Source of the DNA: Raja brachyura | Taxonomy: Eukaryota | Assembly (NCBI GenBank): GCA_963514005.1 | Contig: OY740799.1 | Location: 27,466,001-27,530,000 of the forward strand | Reading direction: 5' to 3' | DNA: 64,000 nt | In this document: positions 36,163 to 48,917 of the stretch, one piece after another | How the letters are laid out: every line of letters begins with the position of its first letter | Position numbering within the stretch: position 1 is the first letter of the stretch | Notes under the pieces: model-generated | Databases searched by the model: none | Seen by the model: the letters and a program-made list of their open reading frames with translations, nothing else | Told to the model about the DNA's origin: nothing | Program-made: the position numbers and the translations under genes

Positions 36163-38642
36163 CTGTAATTTAAATTTCAAAAGCTGAATCCACTTTAAAT
36201 GGTTTAAAGATACAAATCAGGCGACCATACATTGGAACATGATCTTTATAAATGTACATATTTACTTAGGATTGGAGAGTTCAACACTATTTTTTTTGTA
36301 TAGCTAACAAAATATTACCTTATTAAATAAAATTTAATTTTATTATATTCACTTCACAGTAGGACATACATTGGGGATTCTAAAATAATTACCAGAAAAT
36401 CACCTAATAGGTTCAACTTTAGAATTACGAAACTTATTTTGGTCTGCCATACAATCACAACAAAACTTATTTTTTCTTTAAGTTCTAAAATCAATACAAA
36501 TACGTTTCAATACCACCCCATAACATTACAAAATAGACTTGTTTTCTTCGTAAACGGTCAAAAGATCAGCGGATGTGTCAGAGCAAGCCAGACTTAATCG
36601 CATGTCATTTATTTCTTAATTTACTTATTACTTCTTTTATATTTGCAAGGAACTATATCTTGTTTCTAGCACGCTGTGGAATTAATACAGTTCAACAATT
36701 CCCCCCCCCCCCCCCCCCGAGCCATAATGTCAGCTCGTTAAAATTTAACATTTAACCTATTATTCTATCTTGGGCCACTCCCCTCAAAATTCATGGAACA
36801 ATCTTTGGTATTGCAACAAAGCTAATCTAATTTAAGTAAAATGACATAAACTAGCTTTGAGAATTTCTAGCTCAGTTGAATAACAGTGATCTCAATCAAA
36901 GTTCATCTCAATTGTATCTTAAAATTTGTGGGAAATGATAATGTCCTGACTGCTACATTGGCAAAAAATGAATTTTCTTAGGACACAATGATTTGCTTCA
37001 TTGATCTGAAATCTGAGCTTGAAACATTGGCTTAATAAGGAACCAAAATGATTGATTTCTGATGATTCTGTGTAAAGAGACCCAGAAGAAAGCATAGGTA
37101 CCAGAATCGGAAGAGTGATTGTTAATCCGATAATTCTGTAGAACATACGAGGGAGTGAATTACGCCAAGTCGAGTCTATTGTCATGTGCACAGGTACAGT
37201 GGATTACAGGTACAATGAAAATCTTGCTTGCAACATTATCACAGGCACATTAATTCAGAAAAATACACAAAGATATAACATACATAAATTGCACAATTAC
37301 GCAGATGTGGATGATACACAACCACATGGTGGCTGTGCACTAATTAAGTTACTGAACTAGCAACCTAGAGACGGGAGTTTTAGGTATGGGATTTAAAAAC
37401 AAACTAATGTGCTTCAGCAGAGGAAATCTGCCTTCCTTTCCTGGATGAACCTACAAGGGTAACCTGAAGATTACCCTCCAAGCCTCACACCATCCTGACT
37501 AGAAATGCATCCCCGTTCCTTCAACCTTGCCAAGTCAAAATCCTGAAACTTCCTCCCTTGTGGATATATCCACACGTCAAATGGTTCAAGACAGTAGCTC
37601 ACTGCCACCTCCACAAGGACAATTAAATACTAGCTCAGCCTGTGAAGCTCACAATCCGAACGAATGGTAAAATGCGACTCGAGGCCTAGAGTAAAGTGAT
37701 TGAAGGTCAATATCTGATTCAGGAAGGGGAAAGCTTCAAAATCCCCATTCTACATTCAGATATCGTTACTGATGTTATGTAGCCAAAAAAACAATCCAAT
37801 TTGCCTACAGCATAATCCCACAAAAAAAAGCATTGAGGTGAATTACCTGTTATTGTTTAGGGGATGCTAAATGAAATAGTAAATACTGGCTGTAGTGACA
37901 GCCTTTATGACGTCTCATGGTTTTAGTCCTCGATAGTCACTAATATGCTGACTAGGGTTCAGAAGGTAATTTTACGCATTCCACGAGCTCGTCACTAGAC
38001 ATTCAAAGCCGTTGAAAGATGAATATTTCAAAAACACTCTTGATTAATAGTTTCTTTATTGTAGCAGTACAAAACAGTAAAGTCACTCTGAAAACTTCTT
38101 CCTGTATACGTACATCGCCTTCCAGTTTATATACGTTTCAATCATACTCGTGATCATGCTTGAAAACTATTCTTCTGCCTTCACCGAACTAAACTAAAAA
38201 CTATCTAGGAATCTGCGCCAGAATCCTAGCCATAAACACGCCCCAGACTACGTATAAATCTCACCCACATAATTACAGACAGATCAAATTAAAGGTAACT
38301 GGATAAAATTATAATATACTGGGTTACGCTAAATGGCTACTACACTGGCAAAGATGGCAATGCTTGGTTCTTCTTGAAATACAGTTAGATCTCTTGCATC
38401 AACTAGATTAAAGCGCGTTAAAATCAAGCAATTCTGCAATTGCCATATGATTCCTTCCACATTGCACAAACTGATGGCCTTTGGACCAGAGCAAGAGTAC
38501 AAATAATCAAGCAGACACTCTATAAATTCTCAAAACAATGAAAATGATAAATTAAAATCAGAAAATAACATTTATTTTAATAGCTCATCTACCACATTAC
38601 AGTTGTTTTGTTGGATATTATGTATAAATCCCTTTAAGCTAC

Positions 38643-38714
38643 CTGTGCTTTTTGTGCTACATCGAGCACTAATTGGAATTTTTCAGATACAGTGAGATCT
38701 TCTTTGGTAGGCTC
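38643..38714 (-). CDS. GRAMD4: GRAMD4 coding exon
   Basis: ttctttgcag|..|gtagct; 72 nt; EPTKEDLTVSEKFQLVLDVAQKAQ. Confidence 0.95.
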
Positions 38715-38808
38715 CTGCAAAGAACAAATACTTTATTCAGTTACTAGAATTCTCAAATAAATACCACAGCAGAACACTGTCGAGTATGATGTAGTAATTC
38801 AGTGCTGA

Positions 38809-41800
38809 AAGTGCATTCAGAAATTATTCAGACCGTCACCTTTTCCACATTTTGTTCCTTTACAGCCTTGTTTTAAAATGGATGAAATCCAATTTTTTTT
38901 CATCCTCAATCTAAACACAATACCCCAGAATGAAGTGAAAACAGGTGTTTAGAAATATCTGCAAAGTTATTAAAAATAAATAACAGAAGTATCATAATTA
39001 CATAAGTATTCAGACCCTTTGCTATGACACTCCAAATTGAGCAAAAATGTCCCAAGACCTCCGAGACAGGATTGTATCGAGACATAGATCTGGGGAAGGG
39101 TATAAAACAATTTCTGCAGCATTGCACGTCCCGAAGAGCACAGTGGCCTTCGTCATTCTTAAATGGAAGAACTTTGGAACCACCAGGACTCTTCATAGAG
39201 CTAGCCGGCCGGCCAAACTGAGCAATCGGGGGAGAAGGGCCTTGGTCAGGGAGGTGACCAAGAACCCGATGGCCACTCTAACAGAGCGCCAGAGTTTCTC
39301 TGTGGAGATGGGAGAACCTTCCAGAAGGACAACTATATCTGCAGCACTCCACCAATCAGGCCTTTATGGTAGTGCGGCAGCCCGCTTGGAGTTTGCCAAA
39401 AAGCACCTAAAAGACTCTCAGACCATGAGAAACAAGATTCTCTGGTCTGATGAAACCAAGATTGAACTCTTTGGCCTGAATGCCAAGCGTCATGTCTGGA
39501 GGAAACCAGGTGCTGCTCATCACCTGGCCAATACCATATCTACAGTGATGCACGGTGGTGGCAGCATTATGCTGTGGGGATGTTTTTCAGTGGCAGGAAT
39601 TGGGAGACTAATCAGGATCGAGGGAAAGATTAAAGGAGCAAAGTACAGAGAGATCCTTGATAAAAACCTGCTCCGAGGCATGCTGGACCTCAGACTGGGA
39701 CGGAGGTTCACCTTCCAACAGGACAACAATCCTAAGCACATAGTCAAGACAACACACAAGTGGCTTTGTGACAAGTCCATGAATGTCCTTAAGTGACCCA
39801 GTCAGAACCCAGACTTGAACCCGATCGAACATCTCTGGAGGGACCTGAAAATAGTTGTGCATCGACGCTCCCCATCCAACCTGACAGAGCTTGAGAGGAT
39901 CTGCAGAAAAGAATGGAAGAAATTACCCAAATACAGGTGTGCCAAGTTTGTAGCGTCATACCCAAGAAAGCTTGAGGCTGTAATTGCTGCCAAAGGTGCC
40001 TCAACAAAGCACTGAGTAAAGGGTCTGAACTTATGTACAGTGGCTTGCAAATGTATTCATACCCCTTGAACTTTTCCACATTTTGTCACATTACAACCAC
40101 AAACGTAAATGTATTTTATTGGGATTTTATGTGATAGACCAACACAAAGTGGCGCATTATTATGAAGTGGAAGGAAAATGATACATGGCTTTCAAATTTT
40201 TTTACAAATAAAAAACTGAAAAGTGTGGCGTGCAAAAGTATTCAGCCCCCTTTACTCTGATACCCCTAAATAAAATCCGGTGCAACCAATTGCCTTCAGA
40301 AGTCACCTAATTAGTAAATAGAGTCCATTTGTGTGTAATCTAATCTCAGTATAAATACAGCTGTTCTGTGAAGGCCTCAGAGGTTTGTTAGAGAACAAAC
40401 AACATCATGAAGCCCAAGGAACACACAGACAGGTCAGGGATAAAGTTGTGGAGAAGTTTAAAGCAGGGGTAGGTTATAAAAAAATATCTCAATCTTTGAA
40501 CATCTCACAGAGCACTGTTCAATCCATCATCCGAAAATGGAAAGAGTATGGCACAACTGCAAACCTACCAAGACATGGCCGTCCACCTAAACTGACAGGC
40601 CGGGCAAGGAGAGCATTGATCAGAGAAGCAGCCAAGACGCCCATGGAAGCTCTGGAGGAGCTGCGGAGATCCACAGCTCAGGTGGGAGAATCTGTCCACA
40701 GGACAACTAGTAGTTGTGCACTCCACAAATCAGCCTTTATGGAAGAGTGGCAAGAAGAAAACCATTGTTGAAACAAAGCCATAAGAAGTCCCGTTTGCAG
40801 TTTGCCACAAGCCATGTGGGGGACACAGCAAACGTGGAGGAGGGTGCTCTGGTCTGATGAGACCAAAATTGAAGTTTTTGGCCTAAATGCAAAACGCTAT
40901 GTGTGGTGGAAAACTGACACTGCACATCACCCTGAACACACCATCCCCACTGTGAAACATGGTGGTGGCAGCATCATGCTGTGGGGATGCTTTTCTTCAG
41001 CAGGGACAGGGAAGCTGGTCAAAGTTGATGGGAAGATGGATGGAGCCAAATACAGGGCAATCTTGGAAGAAAACCTGTTAAGAGTCTGCAAAAGACTTGA
41101 GACTGGGGTGAAGGTTCACCTTCCAGCAGGACAACGACCCTAAACATACAGCCAGAGCTACAATGGAATGGGTTAGATGAAAGCATATTCATGTGTTAGA
41201 ATGGCCCAGTCAAAGTCCAGACCTAAATCCAATTGAGAATCTCTGGCAAGACTTGAAAATTGCTGTTCATAGACGCTCTCCATCCAATCTGACTGAGCTT
41301 GAGCTATTTTGCAAAGAAGAATGGGACAACATTTCAGTCTCTAGATGTGCAAAGCTGGCCGAGACATACCCCAAAAGACTTGCAGCTGTAATTGCAGCGA
41401 AAGGTGGTTCTACAAAGTATTGACTCAGGGGGGCTGAATACTTTTGCACGCCACATTTTTCCGTTTTTTATTTGCAATAAAATTTGGAAACCATGTATCA
41501 TTTTCCTTCCACTTCACAATTATGCACCACTTTGTATTGGTCTATCACATAAAATCCCAATAAAATACATTTACGTTTGTGGTTGTAACGTGACAAAATG
41601 TGGAAAACGTCAATGGGGTATGAATACTTTTGCAAGCCACTGTAAATGTGATATTTCAGTTATTTATTTTTAATTACTTTGCAAACATTTCTAAACTCCT
41701 GTTTTCGCTTTTTTATTATGGGGTATTGTGTCTAGATTGATGATAACAAAAATGATTTTAATCAATTTTAGGATAAGGCAGTAACGTAACAAAATGTGGA

Positions 41801-41837
41801 AAAAGTGAAGAGGTCTGAATACTTTCTGAATGCATTG
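38809..41837 (+). mobile_element. Tc1-family transposon (outer element, defective)
   Basis: TIR gtgcattcagaaa.tattcagacc / ggtctgaatactttctgaatgcattg|ta; ORF 39047-39796 [28 protein letters not shown], then a stop, then NPIEHLW. Confidence 0.93.
40038..41642 (+). mobile_element. Tc1-family transposon (inner element, full length, frameshifted)
   Basis: TA|cagtggcttgcaa..ttgcaagccactg|TA; about 210-bp IR/DR-type TIRs; transposase pieces [25 protein letters not shown] (DD34E type). Confidence 0.95.
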
Positions 41838-42381
41838 TATTTGCTCAAAATGTAAGACAAAAACAATCCAAAGTCCTCTCCCCCCACATTCCCTTATTCT
41901 TTAAAAGGACATTCATAGAATGCTGATTATAATCAAAAATGAGAATGTCTTTTATATAAACATTTTGAATGAACAATGAAAGGTAAAGGACAAGCTTAAA
42001 AGTTTCACCTATTACAAAGTGGTGTTTGGGATGTTCATGTGAAATGCTGTGTTCATGAAAGTTCATTTAATTTATTTTAATTCACTCATTCTGTGAACTG
42101 TGAATGACCAATCTTTTGGTTATGAATAATCTTGCCAGATTTATGCCGAAGAGTAAAAGTGAATCAAAATAATATTTCATGGATTTTCATAATTTCTTCC
42201 AAGAAACAAATAACTTTAGACACTGAGGATTTAGATTGCCCCAAATATAACAAATTGGAAAGAAATAGTTTGAAAACAGTAAAAAAAAATCAAATTAGAC
42301 CTTAATTGATCCACATATATACACACTAGAAGCTACAAGAGTCATATATTAGTTGATAATTGTAATAAATAACAATACTAC

Positions 42382-42430
42382 CACAGGATCTGACACTTCG
42401 GGCACGATGCTCCATTGAATCCTCCAACCC
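42382..42430 (-). CDS. GRAMD4: GRAMD4 coding exon
   Basis: tttttgcag|..|gtagta; 49 nt; GWRIQWSIVPEVSDPV. Confidence 0.95.
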
Positions 42431-42961
42431 CTGCAAAAATTCCAAAAAAGTACACAGTTACCAAGGATATGGAACCAAAATCTACAGGACTGACATATTG
42501 ACATATGGAATATCAGGATAAGCCAAGGATGATGACAGAAGTTTTATTATATTTACTCATGTTATGAACTGTTTGCACTTCATTTTGTTGCCTGCATTAT
42601 CAAAAATTGTTCCTGTAAAAGTTATTAAATCTTATGGAACATAATTAAGTGGGGGGGGAACCACATTTGTTTAGAAGGATTTCTTTGCAAAAGGTTGACA
42701 GTTTAATTGTTCAGTGAGGTGAAATGTTTATTAACTCTGGCTTTTCTCACCAGTATTGAGAACAGTATTATCAAAACTGTTTATCTTTCCCCAGCTTCCT
42801 CAGATGCACTTGGCTTTTTCTAGCCAGTTGTTGCATTTAGATTATTGTGGGGCTGGTCACGAATTGTAACAAAATTTTACAATGGAAGAAAATACTGAAG
42901 TACCATTACATTTTATTAATTTTAGACAGCAGTGGAAAGAAAGGAATGGAAAAGTTAATAC

Positions 42962-43053
42962 CTTGCAATGAGATAATTAAGAGACAACCTCAAAATGGCT
43001 AGAAATAAGAACATTGGAATGGCCCAGCCATGCCACACAGCATTCATGTAGAT
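42962..43053 (-). CDS. GRAMD4: GRAMD4 coding exon (hydrophobic/TM segment)
   Basis: ctgtttttcag|..|gtatta; 92 nt; IYMNAVWHGWAIPMFLFLAILRLSLNYLIAR. Confidence 0.96.
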
Positions 43054-43114
43054 CTGAAAAACAGAGTTTTGTACCAAACAGTTAGATTCCTCTCCCTCCC
43101 ATATTAGCAGAATG

Positions 43115-43237
43115 CTGGGGTGGGAGATTGCAACCTTCACTGTTTTGACGAATGCAATCAACCTGGTGTGCACAATCAAATAAGATCAAATAGAACAAGT
43201 TGTCCTACAACTTTAGGCTGTGCACACCATACACAAG
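43115..43237 (+). mobile_element. 123-bp retroposon-like insertion with 10-bp TSD
   Basis: tagcagaatg at 43105-43114 and 43238-43247; internal inverted repeat ggtgtgcaca / tgtgcacacc. Confidence 0.65.
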
Positions 43238-45557
43238 TAGCAGAATGTTAAGCATTCATAAACTAAGTTAATATCTGCAATAAAGCTCACTAATATAGAT
43301 TTACTGAGCTCACCCAAAAATATGACATTCAAAATGAATACTTTAATAAACTATTTTTAGTGATTAAATTCCCAACATATCAGTATAAAGGGTTCTTCTT
43401 AAGGAGTCGTTCCCTTGGTATTTTTATACCTTAAAATTTCTATAAGATAAATTGCATTATCAGCAATGTCATAGCTTGCCTTTCCCCCGAGTGGCCACCA
43501 TACCAGCAGTCAGAGGCAGCTTAACCAGTGGGAACATTGGCCAACATTGGAGCCAGTCATCAATTGAAAGCCTGTGGGAACCCTGATTCAGGAAAATTGA
43601 TGGGTCATTTTTCTTCCTGTGGTCTCAAAAGCAACATTGGAATTCACATCAGTACAAAGTAATAAGATCAAGAAGTGACTTAAGGGAGACCTGATTAAGA
43701 TGCTCAGTGGGCCACATATCTATGTGAGGCATAGATACATAGATTAGTGAAAAAACTTCTCATAGCAGAAATGTCTAAGCACCTTAGTTTAAGAGGAGAG
43801 GGACGGCTTAGAGGGAATCTGAAGAGGTTTTTTACTTAGAGTACATGGAATCTGCAACACATTATACAAGTGGGTCACGGAACTACAGACCCTCATAACA
43901 TTTTAGTATCTAGAAAGGTACTTGAAATGCTATTCATCCAAGTGCTGGAAAATGGAATTAGTTGAGATGGGTATTCAATAGTCAACGGACAGCTTTCGTG
44001 TTGTATAACTTTGTCAAATTTGGAGGATTAAAATGACACACACTTAACTTTTGCTTTAAGAATTCTATCGAGGGATTGCCTGCATTAACAAAGATACTTG
44101 GTTCTAAGACCTCACATGAACTATCTTCGAATTAATCCCTTGAACATAACCCCTCTGTTATTCATTACATAATAAAGGAAATCCCCTATTTTGAAATCCA
44201 TATCTCCTTTTCACATCAGTAATCAAGCAGGCATACATATTATTGTACAATATATCTTATCAACACCACCCCTTACCCCTCTCTCCACACACTCCCATTC
44301 ACTCACAGCGGTACTCATTCTGCACATCCTGAACCATTTTTATGTAAGTGATGACAATCATTTAAATGCAGGAATTGGAACAATAGAGTTCAAAAACGTA
44401 ACCAAATCCCCAAAGTCATCAAACTGAGGTGAACTGCATTCCCAATTAACTTCAAAAGAAATTCATGCTTTCTATTTGTTTCCACAGACTGGTTGGGGTG
44501 GAGATAACACAGCTTTCTCACAGGGGTTTGCGGCAATAACCTCAAACCGCTTACTTGAAGGGGAAGCCTTTCATATTCGTTCCATCAAATCTCAAAGTGC
44601 CTTGTATTCAATTAAATCCTTGACTTTTGTAATGCAGGAAACATGGCAGTTCATTTTCAAATGGGAATCTTCCACAAACTGTAACATTATGTAACATGTA
44701 CTATCTTGTCACATTGGCCAAGAACTGCGCTATTCACCACTAGTAACTCTTCCTCGTCAAAATAGGATCACCCATCCAAGGGACTGCAATGTCTTCCTCA
44801 AAAAGACAATATTTCAGTTTGTGAAAGTTTTCTGCAAAGTCTTCGAAATGGGGCTTAAAACCAAAACCTTCAGACATTGAAGTGCAAATGCTGCCAACTA
44901 ATAGCTTAACACCATTTATCGTCCCGAAAGGCTGATCAAATCAATTCAACAAAATGCTACAGTTATAGTTCATAATATTAAAACTAATAACACTATAATG
45001 ACTCACAAACCCCATCTCAAATAGATGAAAAGAATGCAACTGTTTTAGACAAACACTTTCAGAAATTAACATATTGATAAGTTACCCCTTCTAATTGGAA
45101 AACAGCAAATGTACTCTCGATATTCAAGAAATGTGTGCATTTGAAAGGAGGAAAGTACAGGCCAGCTCACCTAACATCTGGGGCAGTGAAGTGAGCACAA
45201 ATTGGAAACTTGAGCCGATTAAAAGCTCAGACATCAAACAAAATTAATAGACATTTTTGGCAACTACCACTCAAGTTGTAGTTACGAGAATGTTAACTAA
45301 TGTAATTCAAATGGACTTTCAGAAGGCATTCAATACAATTCCTTGGAAAGGACTGTAAACTAAAATTAACATTTACTGAATTAGAGGATAATCTAAATTG
45401 GAAGGAAGGGAGTGGAGCCCCATGAGGACTTCTGTCTGAGCCTTAATTATTCAGTGGTTATTAATAAGTTAGATCATGAAATAAAAAGCTATATATCACT
45501 TGCTAACAACACAAACACTATATGTAATGTAGAAGCAAGCATAATATTATAAGAACC

Positions 45558-45770
45558 TAGACACAAAATGTTGTAGTAACTCAGCAGGACAAGCAGTATC
45601 TCTGGAGAGAAGGAATGGGTGACGTTTCAGGTCGAGGCCCTTCTTCAGAGTCTCGACCCGAGACATCGCCCATTCCTTCTCTCCAGAGATGCTGCCTGTC
45701 CCCCTGAGTTCCTCCAGCATTTTGTGTCTATCTTTGGTTTAAACCAGCATTTGCAGTTCCTTCCTACACA
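45558..45770. mobile_element. Palindromic Penelope-type mini-element
   Basis: About 80-nt inverted arms tagacacaaaatg..ggtcgag / ctcgaccc..cattttgtgtcta; minus-strand core CTGAAGAAGGGCCTCGACCTGAAACGTC. Confidence 0.75.
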
Positions 45771-46776
45771 TACATTTATAAAACCTTTGCAGATTAAACA
45801 TACAAGTATGAATGAAGTTCATTAGAGAGTTAAGTGATGGTTACCCATTTTAGACAATAACAAATATCAACATTTTAAATAATAAAAAAAGTAGGATTAG
45901 TGGAACTTCAACATGCATAGGACAGATTACTTGGAAAATAATCACTAATAGGACGTTAGTCTTTAGAAGGGAAGGGGATGCTACAATAACCCCAGAGGCA
46001 CTGGTTTAACAATATTGGGAAAAGCAGAGTTCCATAAAAAGAACTGCTGTACATGGAAACCAAGACATGATCACAGAATGTAACTGGGGTACCACGGGTC
46101 AAATTATGAGATGGTAGTATATGAATTAGCCTTGAATACCCTTTTTAGAATTAAAATGCAATGTATAGAGCAGATTAAAAATAAAACAGTAATCTCAGGT
46201 GGGATGCCCAAAACAAAACTTTACACCCAGGACCCAGAACATTTAGGAGGGAATTCAGGAAAAGATTCTTCAATTAAAAAAAATACAAAAACTGTACATA
46301 ACTCTCTGGCAAAAAAAACTGATTGATGACAACCGATAATTCTAAATCACTTATTAATTTTGCAATCCAAGAAAAGTTAAGGAATATAGAGCAAAGTATT
46401 TGTACTGTGTTAGATCACAATCTAAATTAATGGGAGAACAAGCTCAAGGAATTGAATAGGCTATATTTATTCTGATGTTTCTCAACAGCGAACAACTATG
46501 TTGCTCAGCGAAAACAAATCTCAGCAGTGAAAATAAAACAGTTTCAAGATTAAAGTATTCATCAACCTAAATTATATAATTGACACTGACAGAAACAGTT
46601 GTATGCAATTTCCACAGATCTCAAATTGCCTGCTATAACTACAATAGAAACCAATAGAATCTTCAGAGGTTCCTCAGAAGTTATGCCAGGTCAGGAATTC
46701 CTCTGGAATCTCTGCATTATTGTATCTCAAAGCAAATGCATTCTTGCTAAACAAATCCGCACCATTAATTACTTAC

Positions 46777-46868
46777 AATAAAGGCAATTATTGACGTGTA
46801 CACAGAGTGCCAATTTGATAAGGCTGAAAGGTTCTTTAAGAAACTGGTAACTGGTTTGGCACCTCGTT
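46777..46868 (-). CDS. GRAMD4: GRAMD4 coding exon
   Basis: tactttcag|..|gtaagt; 92 nt; KRGAKPVTSFLKNLSALSNWHSVYTSIIAFI. Confidence 0.95.
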
Positions 46869-47144
46869 CTGAAAGTAAATAAAAAAGTGATCCAGTAACT
46901 TTTTCTTTAAAATAATTAGATCAATAACATTTTCCATTTCCTTTGTGAACATTTATTGAAATAAAAATGACTCATTGCTCAAAACCTAGAATAATCTGGT
47001 TTAAATTAGAATATTAATTTTAATAAAGTTAATGATAACCGCATGTATAATTGAATATAGTGACATCCTGCAACATACAAAGGAATGAATAGCTGAGTTG
47101 TAACTAACCCACAGCACAACATTTTGTAAGCTGCACATTGCACA

Positions 47145-47435
47145 TTGGCACAGTGATAATAGAGTTGGTGCCTTACAGTGCCAGGCATCAGGATTTGATC
47201 CTGACTATGGATGCTATTTGTACTGAGTTTGTAAGCTCACCCCGTGAGCACAAGGGCTTTCTCAGGTGCTCTGCTTTCCTTCCACATACCAAAGACATGC
47301 AGGTCTGTAGGTTAATTGGCTTCTGTAAATTTGTCCCGAGTGGATAGGATAGAACTGGTGTACGGGTGATCGTTTGGTCAGCGCGGACTCGGTGGGCCGA
47401 AGGGCCTGTCTCAACACCGTATTTCTAAACTCTAA
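47145..47435 (+). mobile_element. HE1/V-SINE-type SINE
   Basis: ggcacagtg..agagttggtgccttacagtgcc head; ggactcggtgggccgaagggcctg tail. Confidence 0.8.
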
Positions 47436-47941
47436 AAATTTGCGACTTGTGTGTTCTGTGTTCCGGTTTACCAATTGTGAATATACTTCTGAAATTGCAT
47501 TTAATTGCTGTTCTGTTCTTGGAATGCAACATAGTGCATTGTATGGCACCCCATCACATCATAACATCGAATTTGGACTTTATTGAAGTGCAACAAAACT
47601 ATTAATACTCTTTTTGTCCCACCTGATTAATGCAGATGTGTGCAGAAAATGTCAACTCTCTGTTGGATCGATAGTTTAATTAAGAACACATCTGATACAT
47701 GCAATATTATAGAATTATTTCGAAAAATATATCTGCTCCTCTATGTTTAATTTTGATTTTAACAAAGTTAATATGGTAGAAGAATATTACTTATGAGTTA
47801 TTTCATGAGATGAGACCCAGCCAAACTGTACAAGATAAATTTACAATACAAGTTGAAACCACAAGGCTGATATCATAATTCCAATAATTTCAGCATACAA
47901 AAAGCTTATGTCTAACACCCAAAGAAAACAAATTTACTTAC

Positions 47942-47967
47942 TTAATCTTCTCATATTTTCAGTTAAT
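47942..47967 (-). CDS. GRAMD4: GRAMD4 26-nt coding microexon
   Basis: gtatttccctag|ATTAACTGAAAATATGAGAAGATTAA|gtaagt; (R)LTENMRRL(K), identical to recalled human peptide. Confidence 0.93.
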
Positions 47968-48470
47968 CTAGGGAAATACAAATTGATGAGACACAATACA
48001 TAATCTCGGGAAATACAAATTGATGAGATAAAAATCATAATTATTAAATTTGATCATTTAAAAAATATTTTATAAACACAGCTTCAGATACAAACTCAAA
48101 AGTTATGGCTTTGATGGTGCTGATATTTTTACCTCCTGCGAATCAACTGTTCAGAACATTTTAATCTATGCATTGATATCTTCACTATTGAACTAATTTC
48201 ATGTAATGCTTTGGGATACGTGAAAGAACGCTCCATGACTAACAACCACAGGTCTGTTTTTCTAAGTTAGTCACAACCTTTACTCTCTGCATCCTTCTAC
48301 ACAATTTAATTCCATCCATGGGGACTGAACAAAGTAACAAACATGAATTATTAAAATAGCAATTTCACTATTTAATTTATGGCCCAACTGTTCCACAAAA
48401 CAAATAAGTACTGCCAGTAACATGGCATGGAGACGCCAGCTGTGGGTAATTGCAGATCTCTTACACATAC

Positions 48471-48917
48471 CAAGTTCCAATACACTGTAAGAAGCAGTAA
48501 CAAAAAAAAACTATTCAGCAATAACTTAGATTGATTACAAATTGCTTAATTTATAGCTTCCTTTGGGCATTGTCTCTTTTAGAAAAATGAAGAATCTTCT
48601 AAAAATAATTTTAAAATCTAATTAGAAAATCATAGTTCCATTATTTTTAATATTCAAAATCAACAAGTACATAACAGGTAACAAACACCAAGATCTCGAC
48701 GGAAGCATAGAAAAACATATGCTAAATGTCCAAAGATTTGTTGCTTTAAACTCAATAGGACAAATAAAAATCTTAAACTACAAATGATGGCTGAATAGAT
48801 CACTCTCGCGCTCATCTGTGCAATAATTATCTTAAGCAAAACTCGCCATATTAAATTGCAACTGCATTCGATACAAGGGTTTTTTTGTTACTGCTTCTTA
48901 CAGTGTATTGTAACTTG
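48471..48917. repeat. 38-bp inverted repeat pair (48471-48508 / 48880-48917), 37/38 identical
   Basis: caagttccaatacactgtaagaagcagtaacaaaaaaa vs reverse complement caagttacaatacactgtaagaagcagtaacaaaaaaa. Confidence 0.95.
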
